A DNA stretch of 64,000 nucleotides, taken from NCBI GenBank assembly GCA_031367105.1, contig JANLPG010000095.1, positions 27,142-91,141 on the forward strand. Direction: 5' to 3'. The DNA comes from Gemmatimonadota bacterium. GTDB taxonomy: Bacteria > Gemmatimonadota > Gemmatimonadetes > Gemmatimonadales > GWC2-71-9. The notes under the pieces were generated by a model that was not told the DNA's origin, did not search any database, and saw only the letters and a list, made by a program, of their open reading frames with translations. Both the position numbers and the translations under genes were made by a program. Shown piece by piece: positions 34,947 to 43,881 of this stretch. Position 1 is the stretch's first letter. Each line of letters opens with the position of its first letter.

Positions 34947-37109
34947 CTATTCAATCCTTGTGCGCTTGAGAACGGCCTTGACTCGGGCCACGAGCGAACG
35001 GGGCTGGACCGGCTTGGTCAGATAGTCCTGGGCGCCCAGGTCGAGTGCCTGACTTTCGGTGTCATCGGTCCTGGCGGTGAGCATGATCACCGGCAGTCCG
35101 GCGGTCGAAACCTGCGCCCGCAACTCCTCCAGCACGCCAAGCCCGGTCAGGCGAGGCATATCGTGGTCGAGCAGGACCAGGTCGATCCCGTGGGTATCGA
35201 TGGCCTCGAGGGTTTCGAGACCGTCGGTTGCTTCGAGCACCTTGAAGCCCTCGCGCTCCAACACGGTGCGCAGCAGCCGGCGCATCTGTGCATCATCGTC
35301 CGCCAGCAGGATGGTCGCTCCGGCACCGTCGGGGGAGGTGGTCGTCGGTTCGCGTGCGGGAGGCCGCTTGGTCGTCGCCATCGCCGCCTCGGTCGGTGTC
35401 TGTTCCACGGCGCCGCGGTCGGTGTCTCCCAGCACTCGCCGCACTTCCTCGAAGGACGTCACGCCCAGCCAGAACCGGACCAACCCGCTCTGCCAGAGGG
35501 TGCGCATACCGAACGGGACGGCGGCCTCGAGGATCTGAGCCTGCGGTGCGCCCGTCTCGATCAATCTCCCCACCGTTCCTTCGACGGGCAGTAACTCCAT
35601 CACCGCGACGCGCCCCTTGAATCCGCTGCCGCTGCAGCTTTTGCACCCCGGGGCCCGGCGCGGCGCAAACTTTCCTGCATAGCTCGCAGGAGGCCGCCCC
35701 GCCTCCGGGATCTCTTCGAACGGCATTGGTTCCGCGCACCGCTCGCACAGCCGGCGGACGAGACGCTGGGCCAGAATCCCCTTGAGCACGGTGCCGATCT
35801 TGAACGAATCCACTCCCATATCGCGCAGGCGCACAATGGCAGAGACGGCATCGTTCGTGTGCAACGTCGAGAAGACAAAATGTCCGGTGAGTCCCGCCTG
35901 AATCGCGATGGTCGCAGTCTCCCCATCGCGGATCTCGCCGACGAGCACGATGTCGGGATCCTGGCGCAGCACCGATCGAAGGGCAGTGGCAAAGGTGAAT
36001 CCCTGCGCTTCGTTCACCTGCATCTGTGAGATGCCATCGACATCGTACTCCACCGGATCTTCGACGGTCACGATGTTGACGCGACCGGTCTTCAGATGAT
36101 TCAGGACGGCGTAGAGCGTGGTCGTCTTGCCGGATCCGGTTGGGCCGGTGACCAACAGCATTCCTTCGCGGTGCCCCAGCATCCGCATCAGCACTTCTTC
36201 TTCGTCGGCGGGGAGCAGGAGCTCGGGGATGGACGCCCGGAGGTTCGACTTGCTCAGGATACGGATCACCAGCTTCTCGCCTCGACGTGCCACGGGCGCG
36301 GTGGCGACGCGAAGATCGACCTGTTGTCCGTCCACCCGGGCGCTACTGCGGCCGTCCTGGGGAGTCATCGAGTTGGTGACATCGAGCCCGGACACGATCT
36401 TGACACGGCGCACGAGCGAGGGGCCTGCCGCCTCGGGCAGTCGCATGACTTCACGGAGGATGCCGTCGACGCGGTACCGCACGACCACGTGGGGACCCTC
36501 GATTTCTGCGTGTACGTCGCTGGCGCCGATCCGCACCGCATCAGCAATCATTGCGTCCACCAGTTTTGACATCGGGGCATCCAGCGCCGGATCACGATCC
36601 TCCACGTCGAGCTGGAGATCGAGTTCGATCGAGGCCGGAGCGAGCCCTTGCAACAGCCGGTTGATGCTGTTTTCCGGTCGGTAGTATTCATCCAGCTTCT
36701 CGGCGATCGCGCTGGGCGAGGCGACCTCGAGCAGGACGTCTCGACCGGTGAGGAAGCCAAGGCTCTGCTCGGCGGAGAGGTCGTTGGGGTCGGCGGTCGC
36801 GAGGCGGACGCTACGCTCATCGAGGGCGAGCGGCACGACGTGGTATTTTCGAGCAGCTGCCTCGGGGAGTACCGCGGTCGCACGCGCATCGATGGTGGCG
36901 AGGTCCGCAATCGGCAGCCGGAACCGGGTGGCGAGCAGCCGGATGATGTCGCTGTCGGTTGTGAACCCCGCATCGACCACGCTCGACCAGAGCCTCCCCT
37001 TGCCGCCAGACTTGAGGGTCGCAACCTGCGCTTCCGGCAACAACCCACCTTCGATCAGGTGGGCTGCCAGCCAGGCGTCGGGGAACGTCGTGGACGCAGG
37101 TGAGGTCAT
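34947..37109 (-). CDS. PilB/GspE-family secretion ATPase with N-terminal T2SSE_N-like domain and C-terminal receiver (REC) domain
   Basis: Start at MTSPASTTF (ATG 37109). Walker A GPTGSGKTTTLY, Asp box VEDPVEY, Walker B DPDIVLVGEIRD, His box STLHTNDA and tetra-Cys CERC...CKSC. After a Thr/Pro linker, REC is ILLADDD...LVLLDHDMPRLTG...MLTARTD...LTKP (about 34950-35321). Confidence 0.88.
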   Translation of the reverse strand: MTSPASTTFPDAWLAAHLIEGGLLPEAQVATLKSGGKGRLWSSVVDAGFTTDSDIIRLLATRFRLPIADLATIDARATAVLPEAAARKYHVVPLALDERSVRLATADPNDLSAEQSLGFLTGRDVLLEVASPSAIAEKLDEYYRPENSINRLLQGLAPASIELDLQLDVEDRDPALDAPMSKLVDAMIADAVRIGASDVHAEIEGPHVVVRYRVDGILREVMRLPEAAGPSLVRRVKIVSGLDVTNSMTPQDGRSSARVDGQQVDLRVATAPVARRGEKLVIRILSKSNLRASIPELLLPADEEEVLMRMLGHREGMLLVTGPTGSGKTTTLYAVLNHLKTGRVNIVTVEDPVEYDVDGISQMQVNEAQGFTFATALRSVLRQDPDIVLVGEIRDGETATIAIQAGLTGHFVFSTLHTNDAVSAIVRLRDMGVDSFKIGTVLKGILAQRLVRRLCERCAEPMPFEEIPEAGRPPASYAGKFAPRRAPGCKSCSGSGFKGRVAVMELLPVEGTVGRLIETGAPQAQILEAAVPFGMRTLWQSGLVRFWLGVTSFEEVRRVLGDTDRGAVEQTPTEAAMATTKRPPAREPTTTSPDGAGATILLADDDAQMRRLLRTVLEREGFKVLEATDGLETLEAIDTHGIDLVLLDHDMPRLTGLGVLEELRAQVSTAGLPVIMLTARTDDTESQALDLGAQDYLTKPVQPRSLVARVKAVLKRTRIE

Positions 37110-37145
37110 CGGGGTCCGTGGGCAGCAGTGGCTCGGGGGCCGTGG

Positions 37146-37174
37146 TTGTTCACCACGTCGGGGAAAGATACGAT
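37146..37174 (+). promoter_or_regulatory. candidate sigma70-type promoter for aroA-cmk(-rpsA)
   Basis: TTGTTC (37146-37151), 17-nt spacer, TACGAT (37169-37174), in the divergent region between the ATPase gene and aroA. Confidence 0.3.
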
Positions 37175-37226
37175 TCCGTGGCTCGATTTCACCCCTGTCG
37201 CCCCCAGTCGGAGTTCGATTCCCTTC

Positions 37227-38504
37227 ATGGCCCTTCGAGAACGTGTCGCCGGAACCCACCGAGTCCCCGGCGACAAGAGCATCACCCACCGGGCCCTGAT
37301 GCTCGCGGCCCTTGCCCCGGGGACCTCCCGGCTGCGGGGTGCCCTGGCCTCACTCGACGCCCGATCCACTGCTCGAGTGTTGCGCCAGCTCGGGGCAGGG
37401 ATCTCCCCCCTTCGCGAGGGGGCAGTCATCTCGGTGGCGGGGAAGCGGCGCTTCGCCGCGCCAGGGCACAGCCTCGACTGCGGCAATTCCGGGACCACGA
37501 CGCGCCTCCTCCTTGGCCTCCTCGCCGGCCACCCCTTTCTCGCCCGGCTGACGGGTGATGCCTCGCTTCGTCGCCGGCCGATGCGCCGAGTGACAACGGC
37601 CCTCCGAGCGATGGGTGCGAAAATCGACGATGGCGGCCGCGACGGCCTTCCTCTGGCAATCATCGGCGGCAAACTGCGTCCGCTGGACTGGCAGATGGAA
37701 GTGCCGTCCGCGCAGATCAAGAGTGCGTTGCTGCTGGCCGGCCTGGCCGGTGGCGTGCCCGTGCTGCTGCGGGAGGGAGCCGCAACCCGAGACCACACCG
37801 AACGGCTCCTGCGACACTTTGGCTTCGAGGTGGCGTCGCGCGACGGTGTCCTGCGCTTCGCCCCAACCGGGCGACTGGTGCCCTTTGAGCTTGATGTCCC
37901 GGGCGACCCTTCCTCGGCCGCCTTCCTCCTCGCTGCGGCCTTGCTGGCTAGTGAGGGCGAGATCCGAGTGGCAGCTGTCGGACTGAACCCGAGCCGGACC
38001 GGATTTCTGGAAGTACTCCGCCAGATGGGGGCAATCATTACGGTCGAGGGGACTCATTCGCCATTCGGGGAAGCTGTGGGTGATCTTGTGACCAAACCGG
38101 CCCGGTTGCGCTCTGTGGATGTTCCGGCCCGAGCGATTCCCGGGGTGATCGATGAAATTCCGGTGCTCGCTTGCCTTGCGGCGCGGGCGGAAGGAGTGAG
38201 TCGCTTTCGCTCGGTCCAGGAGCTGCGGGTCAAGGAGAGCGATCGCCTCACCCAGATTGCGCGCAATCTGCAAGCGATCGGCGTCGTGGCTGCCATCGAG
38301 GGGGACGACCTGCTGGTCACCGGAACCGATGCACCACTCGCTGGGCGCGTCGTCACCGAGGGAGATCATCGGATTGCGATGGCCTTCACGGTCCTCGGAT
38401 CCTCCGGGCGCGCACGCCTCCGGATCGACGACCCTGACTGCGCCGCCGTCTCGTTCCCGGGGTTTTCCGGTGCACTTCGACGGTTGTTTGTGGCCGCGCG
38501 ATGA
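37227..38504 (+). CDS. aroA: 3-phosphoshikimate 1-carboxyvinyltransferase (EPSP synthase)
   Basis: MALRERVAGTHRVPGDKSITHRALMLAALA...LDCGNSGTTTRLLLGLLA...KESDRL...DHRIAMAF. The start is taken at the internal ATG that gives a canonical N-terminus. Confidence 0.93.
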   Translation: MALRERVAGTHRVPGDKSITHRALMLAALAPGTSRLRGALASLDARSTARVLRQLGAGISPLREGAVISVAGKRRFAAPGHSLDCGNSGTTTRLLLGLLAGHPFLARLTGDASLRRRPMRRVTTALRAMGAKIDDGGRDGLPLAIIGGKLRPLDWQMEVPSAQIKSALLLAGLAGGVPVLLREGAATRDHTERLLRHFGFEVASRDGVLRFAPTGRLVPFELDVPGDPSSAAFLLAAALLASEGEIRVAAVGLNPSRTGFLEVLRQMGAIITVEGTHSPFGEAVGDLVTKPARLRSVDVPARAIPGVIDEIPVLACLAARAEGVSRFRSVQELRVKESDRLTQIARNLQAIGVVAAIEGDDLLVTGTDAPLAGRVVTEGDHRIAMAFTVLGSSGRARLRIDDPDCAAVSFPGFSGALRRLFVAAR

Positions 38505-39181
38505 GTGGCCTCCGCGTCGTGGCGATCGATGGACCGTCTGCGTCGGGGAAGTCGAGCACCGCTGGCGAGGTGGCCCGGCGGCTCGGTTTGATCCACTTCG
38601 ACACGGGCGCGCTCTACCGTGCACTCGCGTGGGTTGCGCTCGAAGAGGGGACGGAGGAGCCGGAGCGGATCCTCCGCGCCGCCGCACGAGTCGGCCTCGC
38701 ACTGGAACTCTCCGAAGGCGGCTTGATTGTGGAGGCCGCGGGTCGCGACCTCGAGCCGCAGCTCCGCAGCCCCGAGGTCAGCGCCGGCGCTTCGAGGGTG
38801 GCTGGCCACCCACTGCTGCGCGACTGGGTGAACGAACGACTCCGGGCCGGAGTCGTGGCTGCCGGGGGCGGGGTCCTCGACGGCCGCGATATCGGGACGG
38901 TCGTCTTCCCGGATGCGCAGCTGAAGGTCTTCCTGACCGCCACGCCGGAGGTCAGGGCACTCCGGCGGTTGCGCCAGCGAGGGGACGCGGTGGACCCCTC
39001 CCGCCTGGCCCGGGAAGCAGCTGCCTTGGCCGAGCGGGACCGACGGGATGCCGCCAGACCAGTGGCGCCTCTGGTGCAGGCCCCGGATGCGATCCTGCTG
39101 GACACCACCTCGCTCTCCCTCGGCGAACAGGTGGAGCGGATCGTGGCCATGGCGCGGGAACGCGGGTTGCTGCTCGACTGA
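38501..39181 (+). CDS. cmk: cytidylate kinase
   Basis: 226 aa with P-loop VVAIDGPSASGKSS, DTGALYRA and LDGRDIGTVVFPDA. Confidence 0.93.
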   Translation: MSGLRVVAIDGPSASGKSSTAGEVARRLGLIHFDTGALYRALAWVALEEGTEEPERILRAAARVGLALELSEGGLIVEAAGRDLEPQLRSPEVSAGASRVAGHPLLRDWVNERLRAGVVAAGGGVLDGRDIGTVVFPDAQLKVFLTATPEVRALRRLRQRGDAVDPSRLAREAAALAERDRRDAARPVAPLVQAPDAILLDTTSLSLGEQVERIVAMARERGLLLD

Positions 39182-39301
39182 GGTGACGCTATTCTTGAAG
39201 GCTGGCCTGAAACGGTTTTGGGCCGCCCTCGAGGAACCCTCCTCGCCCCGTGCGGATCCTCGCGCGGCTTCTCGCAGTCGCTGTTTCAGGACCCTACCCG
39301 A

Positions 39302-41068
39302 ATGCCCGAAACCCTTGCCACCGACGACACCCCGACCTCCGACGCGATTCCCTTCGTGACGCCGACTGGCCTGCGCGTGCGCGCGGACCTGTACGATGAG
39401 GACTATTCCGACGACGAGTACGAGTCGATGCTGGCCCTGTACGAAGGGACCATGTCGCAGATCGCCGAAGGCGAAATCGTCAAGTCGAAGATCCTCCGGA
39501 TCACCGAAAACGCGGTCATCCTCGACGTCGGCTTCAAGTCGGAAGGCTCCGTGCCGCTCGACGAGTTCAAGGACCCGCAGAATCTTCAGGTCGGCGACGA
39601 GGTCGAGGTCTTCCTCGAGCACCTCGAAGACCAGGAAGGCGCGGTCGTCCTCTCGAAGAAGAAGGCCGACTTCATGCGCGTCTGGGAGAAGATCCGGATG
39701 GCGCACGAGTCTGACGAGCCGGTCGAAGGCACCCTGATGAAGAAGATCAAGGGTGGCGTGGTAGTGAACCTGATGGGCGTCGATGCCTTCCTTCCCGGGT
39801 CGCAGATCGCGCTCCGTCGCGTGCCGAACATCGATGAGTTGCTCGGGTCGACGTACGAGTTCAAGATCATCAAGCTGAACAAGCGCCGCCGGAACATCGT
39901 CGTGTCGCGTCGCGTGATCCTCGAGAACGAGCGGGCCCACAAGCGCGAGCACCTGATGAAGGAGCTCGAGGTGGGCCAGGTGCGGAAGGGCATCGTCAAG
40001 AACATCACCGACTTCGGTGCGTTCATTGATCTCGGCGGCGTCGACGGCCTGCTGCATATCACGGATATGTCGTACGGGCGCGTCTCGCACCCCAGCGAGC
40101 TGGTCGGGATCGGTCGTGAAGTCGAAGTCAAGATCCTCGACATCGACTGGCAACGCGAGCGCATCTCCCTCGGGATGAAGCAGCTGCAGTCCTATCCGTG
40201 GCAGAACGTGGCCGAGAAATACCCGGTCGGTTCGCGCGTGCAGGGGAAGGTGGTCTCGATCACCAACTACGGCGCCTTCGTCGAGCTGGAGCCGGGCATC
40301 GAAGGGCTGGTGCACATTTCCGAGATGAGCTGGACACGCAACGTTCGCCATCCGTCGAAGATCGTCTCGATCGGCGAGACCATTGATGCGGTGGTCCTCA
40401 AGGTCGATGAGAGCGAAGAAAAGATCTCGCTCGGGATGAAGCAGACGGAGCAGGATCCGTGGATGATCCTCCCGCTCAGGTACCCGGTGGGCACGCGGAT
40501 CTCGGGCAAAGTCCGCAACCTGACCTCCTTCGGAGCGTTCGTCGAGATCGAGCCGGGTATCGACGGACTGATCCACATCTCCGATATGTCCTGGACCAAG
40601 CGAGTGCAGCATCCGTCGGAAGTCGTGAAGAAGGGCGACGGTGTCGACGTCATCATTCTGAACATCGATTCCGATAACAAGCGGATCTCCCTCGGCCTCA
40701 AGCAGGCCACCGACGATCCGTGGCTCACCATCGGCGAGAAGCTGCCGATCGGAACCGAGCTGCGGGCCACGGTGCTCCGCCCAGTCGACAAGGGGATCGT
40801 GCTTGACCTCGGCAACGATATCGAGGGCTTCGCCCCGGTCTCGCAGATGGGAATCGGGCAGGACCAGAATCCCGAAGATGCGGTGGTCCTGCAGCAGCAG
40901 GTCATCGTCCGGATCCTGGAAGTCGACCCGATCCATCATCGGGTCGTCGTCGCGATCATCGAATATCCGGAAGACGGCATCCCCTCGCCGGAGCAGGTGG
41001 CGGCAGCGGTCGCCGAGGCAGCGCGCGCCGCCGAAGCGGCGAAGGCCGCCGAGGACAACGGGGAGTAG
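39302..41068 (+). CDS. rpsA: 30S ribosomal protein S1
   Basis: Six S1 repeats (e.g. GIVKNITDFGAFIDLGGVDGLLHITDMS, GKVVSITNYGAFVELEPGIEGLVHISEMS). ATG 39302 chosen over the longer 39218 start. Classic aroA-cmk-rpsA context. Confidence 0.95.
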   Translation: MPETLATDDTPTSDAIPFVTPTGLRVRADLYDEDYSDDEYESMLALYEGTMSQIAEGEIVKSKILRITENAVILDVGFKSEGSVPLDEFKDPQNLQVGDEVEVFLEHLEDQEGAVVLSKKKADFMRVWEKIRMAHESDEPVEGTLMKKIKGGVVVNLMGVDAFLPGSQIALRRVPNIDELLGSTYEFKIIKLNKRRRNIVVSRRVILENERAHKREHLMKELEVGQVRKGIVKNITDFGAFIDLGGVDGLLHITDMSYGRVSHPSELVGIGREVEVKILDIDWQRERISLGMKQLQSYPWQNVAEKYPVGSRVQGKVVSITNYGAFVELEPGIEGLVHISEMSWTRNVRHPSKIVSIGETIDAVVLKVDESEEKISLGMKQTEQDPWMILPLRYPVGTRISGKVRNLTSFGAFVEIEPGIDGLIHISDMSWTKRVQHPSEVVKKGDGVDVIILNIDSDNKRISLGLKQATDDPWLTIGEKLPIGTELRATVLRPVDKGIVLDLGNDIEGFAPVSQMGIGQDQNPEDAVVLQQQVIVRILEVDPIHHRVVVAIIEYPEDGIPSPEQVAAAVAEAARAAEAAKAAEDNGE

Positions 41069-41089
41069 GACCCTCCGGCACCGGCAACT

Positions 41090-41130
41090 CCACGGGCGGG
41101 CTGGACGAAGGATGTCCCGCCCGCCCGTGG
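41090..41130 (+). terminator. stable hairpin downstream of rpsA (probable terminator, no strong U-tract)
   Basis: An 11-bp perfect stem ccacgggcggg (41090-41100) / cccgcccgtgg (41120-41130) starts 22 nt after the rpsA stop. A second small hairpin cctgca-aaccg-tgcagg follows. Confidence 0.5.
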
Positions 41131-41320
41131 CGCGTTCAGCCCTGCAAACCGTGCAGGCGGTGTGGCGCCCGTGAGTGCTGCACGCCGAGGGTCAGCTCTC
41201 CCCTGGAGCCGCTCCACAGCGACCTGCCGATCTGGCCGAAGTGCGCCACCGAATGGATCGGAGTCCGGCGGTATCCCACCGTGGTGGCGAAGGCGTCTGG
41301 GGCACTAGATTCCGCTGATC

Positions 41321-42874
41321 ATGACAGACATCCAGGCGCGTCTCGACGACCTCCATCACCGCCAGACGCTGAGCGAGCAGGGTGGTGGTGCCGACCGCAT
41401 CGCCCAGCAGCACAAGAAGGGGAAGCTCAGTGCCCGCGAGCGCCTCGATCTCCTGCTCGACCCGGGCAGCTTCGTGGAACTGGATCGCTTCGTCACCCAC
41501 CGTGCCACCGAGTTCGGCGTCGAGGCCAATCGTCCGCTCGGCGATGGCGTCGTGACGGGCTGGGGACGGATCGACGGCCGCCTCGTCTATGTCTACTCGC
41601 AGGATTTCACCGTTTTCGGCGGATCGCTTTCCGAAACGCACGCTGCCAAGATCTGCAAAGTGATGGAACTCGCGATGCGCAACGGCGCACCGGTCATCGG
41701 ACTCAACGATTCCGGCGGTGCCCGGATCCAGGAAGGTGTGGCATCCCTCGGCGGTTACGCGGACATCTTCCTGCGCAACACCCTCGCATCGGGTGTTGTG
41801 CCGCAGATATCTGCGATCCTGGGACCGTGCGCGGGCGGAGCGGTGTACTCTCCGGCGATCACTGACTTCGTCTTCATGGTTCGCGGCGTCAGCTATATGT
41901 TCGTCACCGGGCCCAGCGTCGTGAAGACGGTCACGCACGAAGACGTCAGCTTCGATGATCTCGGCGGCGCCGATGTGCACGCCGAGACGTCCGGTGTCGC
42001 GCATTTCGTCCACGCGTCGGAACCCGAGTGTCTCGCGGCAATCCGGGAGCTGGTCGCCTTCCTCCCTGCCAACAATCTCGACGATTCTCCCCGGCTGCCG
42101 GTCTCAGATCCGGTGGACCGGCGCGAGGAACGCCTCCTGGAGCTCATTCCCGAATCGGCGAGCACGCCGTACGATATGCACGAGGTAGTCCGGCTGGTGG
42201 TCGACGACGGTAACTTCTTCGAAGTGATGGCAGGGTTTGCCGGGAACATTCTTACCGGCTTCTCCCGGCTCGGGGGGCAGTCGGTCGGAATTGTCGCGAA
42301 CCAGCCAGCGGTCCTCGCCGGGGTGCTTGATATCTCCTCGTCGGTGAAGGCGGCTCGATTCATTCGCTTCTGTGATGCCTTCAACATCCCGCTCGTCACC
42401 TTCGTCGATGTTCCCGGCTTCCTGCCTGGGGTGAGCCAGGAACACGGTGGGATCATCCGGCACGGAGCGAAGCTGCTCTATGCCTACTGTGAGGCCACCG
42501 TTCCGAAACTCACCGTCATCACCCGGAAGGCTTACGGCGGAGCGTACGACGTGATGAGTTCCAAGCACATTCGCGGTGACATCAACCTGGCCTGGCCAAC
42601 CGCCGAAATTGCGGTGATGGGGCCCAAGGGGGCTGTCGAAATTCTCTACCGGGATGAGATCTCGAAGGCTGCCGATCCGGTCGCCGAGGCGGCCGCCAAA
42701 ACAGCCGCCTACACCGCGGCGTTCGCGACCCCCTATCAGGCCGCCGCGCGCGGTTACATTGATGATGTCATCGATCCGAGGGACACCAGGCTCCGCCTGA
42801 TCGACGCCCTGCAGACCCTCGGCGCCAAGCGAGACCGGAACCCGCCCAAGAAACACGGATGCATCCCGCTCTGA
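41321..42874 (+). CDS. acyl-CoA carboxylase carboxyltransferase (beta) subunit, PccB/AccD-like
   Basis: 517 aa: ...[22 protein letters not shown]...[18 protein letters not shown]...GGARIQEG...[12 protein letters not shown]...[11 protein letters not shown]. Confidence 0.92.
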   Translation: MTDIQARLDDLHHRQTLSEQGGGADRIAQQHKKGKLSARERLDLLLDPGSFVELDRFVTHRATEFGVEANRPLGDGVVTGWGRIDGRLVYVYSQDFTVFGGSLSETHAAKICKVMELAMRNGAPVIGLNDSGGARIQEGVASLGGYADIFLRNTLASGVVPQISAILGPCAGGAVYSPAITDFVFMVRGVSYMFVTGPSVVKTVTHEDVSFDDLGGADVHAETSGVAHFVHASEPECLAAIRELVAFLPANNLDDSPRLPVSDPVDRREERLLELIPESASTPYDMHEVVRLVVDDGNFFEVMAGFAGNILTGFSRLGGQSVGIVANQPAVLAGVLDISSSVKAARFIRFCDAFNIPLVTFVDVPGFLPGVSQEHGGIIRHGAKLLYAYCEATVPKLTVITRKAYGGAYDVMSSKHIRGDINLAWPTAEIAVMGPKGAVEILYRDEISKAADPVAEAAAKTAAYTAAFATPYQAAARGYIDDVIDPRDTRLRLIDALQTLGAKRDRNPPKKHGCIPL

Positions 42875-43881
42875 CTCACTCGTCGCGCCGCGCCGCCAGC
42901 GCCTGGACTCCCCTCGTGGTCGGGCTCACGATGGCGGCCTCGTCGTTGCCGGCGCAAACTCCTGTGGTGGTGACCACCGGCGGTGGGACGGCAGTCCAGC
43001 GTGCCGAACTGTTATTGCGGGATGGTCGGCGGGCCGACGCTGCCGACCTGCTCGGGCGGCATCTCGCCGAACAGCCCACGGATGGACGTGCCTGGCTCTA
43101 CCTCGGTCGGATCTACCTCGCCGACGCACAGCGCTGGCACCGCGCAGGGCACGCCGGCGACCCACCGGGGAGCCTGCTGCTCGATTTTGCCGGCGCCGCG
43201 TTCGAACAGTCGCAACAGCTCCTCGCCGACTCCGGCAACGTGCATCGGGTGCTGGTCGCAGTGGAGCGCACCACGAACCGCGTCGAACAGCTGGGGTGGA
43301 TCGAAGCCGTCCATCGTGGATTGCCCGCCGAGGAACTCCCACTTCCCCCGGTGCTCGGCGAACTGGGCCGCAACTTGCTCGCCTCGTGCCCTCGGGGTGG
43401 CGTGCTGGTGACGGGGTCGATGGTCGAAACCGCCGCGACCTGGGGCATTCGCCTGCTCGAGGCGACCCGTCCCGATCTGCTCCTGTTGCGGCCCGACCTC
43501 TATGCCTGGGATTTGCGCTATCGCGCTCAGATGGCCAGGGCGCTGGATGTCGATTCCACCGTTGACCTCCCCGTGGCACTCTCACGCGCCTCGGCCAACC
43601 GCCCCATCTGCCTGACACCCACGGTGGATTCACTTACCGCACCTGCGCTTGAGTGGCGTGTCGTTCGGCTCGTCCTTGCGGCCGGGCCTGCCGGTGCCTT
43701 CGGCGAGGAGCAGATCAGCGTCCACACCTTTGCCAGGACCGGCCTCGCCGGCTCGGTCTGGAGCGAAGCCGTGCGCGACGTCTACGACCTCGCCGCCCGT
43801 CGGAACCAGTCGCTCTGCCAGACGCTGTTCGGTGCGAGTGACGCTCAGGGCCTGCCGACCATCGCTTCCTGTCCGCGATGA
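42859..43881 (+). CDS. hypothetical exported protein (twin-arginine-like signal)
   Basis: 340 aa. N-terminus [27 protein letters not shown] looks like a Tat/Sec signal, and no catalytic motif is recognised. Overlaps both neighbours (16 nt and ATGA). Confidence 0.55.
   Translation: MHPALTHSSRRAASAWTPLVVGLTMAASSLPAQTPVVVTTGGGTAVQRAELLLRDGRRADAADLLGRHLAEQPTDGRAWLYLGRIYLADAQRWHRAGHAGDPPGSLLLDFAGAAFEQSQQLLADSGNVHRVLVAVERTTNRVEQLGWIEAVHRGLPAEELPLPPVLGELGRNLLASCPRGGVLVTGSMVETAATWGIRLLEATRPDLLLLRPDLYAWDLRYRAQMARALDVDSTVDLPVALSRASANRPICLTPTVDSLTAPALEWRVVRLVLAAGPAGAFGEEQISVHTFARTGLAGSVWSEAVRDVYDLAARRNQSLCQTLFGASDAQGLPTIASCPR

Noticed and set aside
34947-37289. Longer 780-aa version of the ATPase starting at 37289
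   Set aside because: The extra 60 residues are Gly/Arg/Pro-rich and would overlap the aroA coding start and its promoter candidate. ATG 37109 gives an N-terminus typical of the T2SSE_N domain.
38366-40939. 857-aa uninterrupted ORF on the minus strand
   Set aside because: It lies exactly antisense to rpsA, whose identity is unambiguous with six S1 repeats. The product is a low-complexity D/L/H/R/E/V-rich string with no motifs. Long stop-free antisense frames are expected in GC-rich genes with strong GC3 bias.
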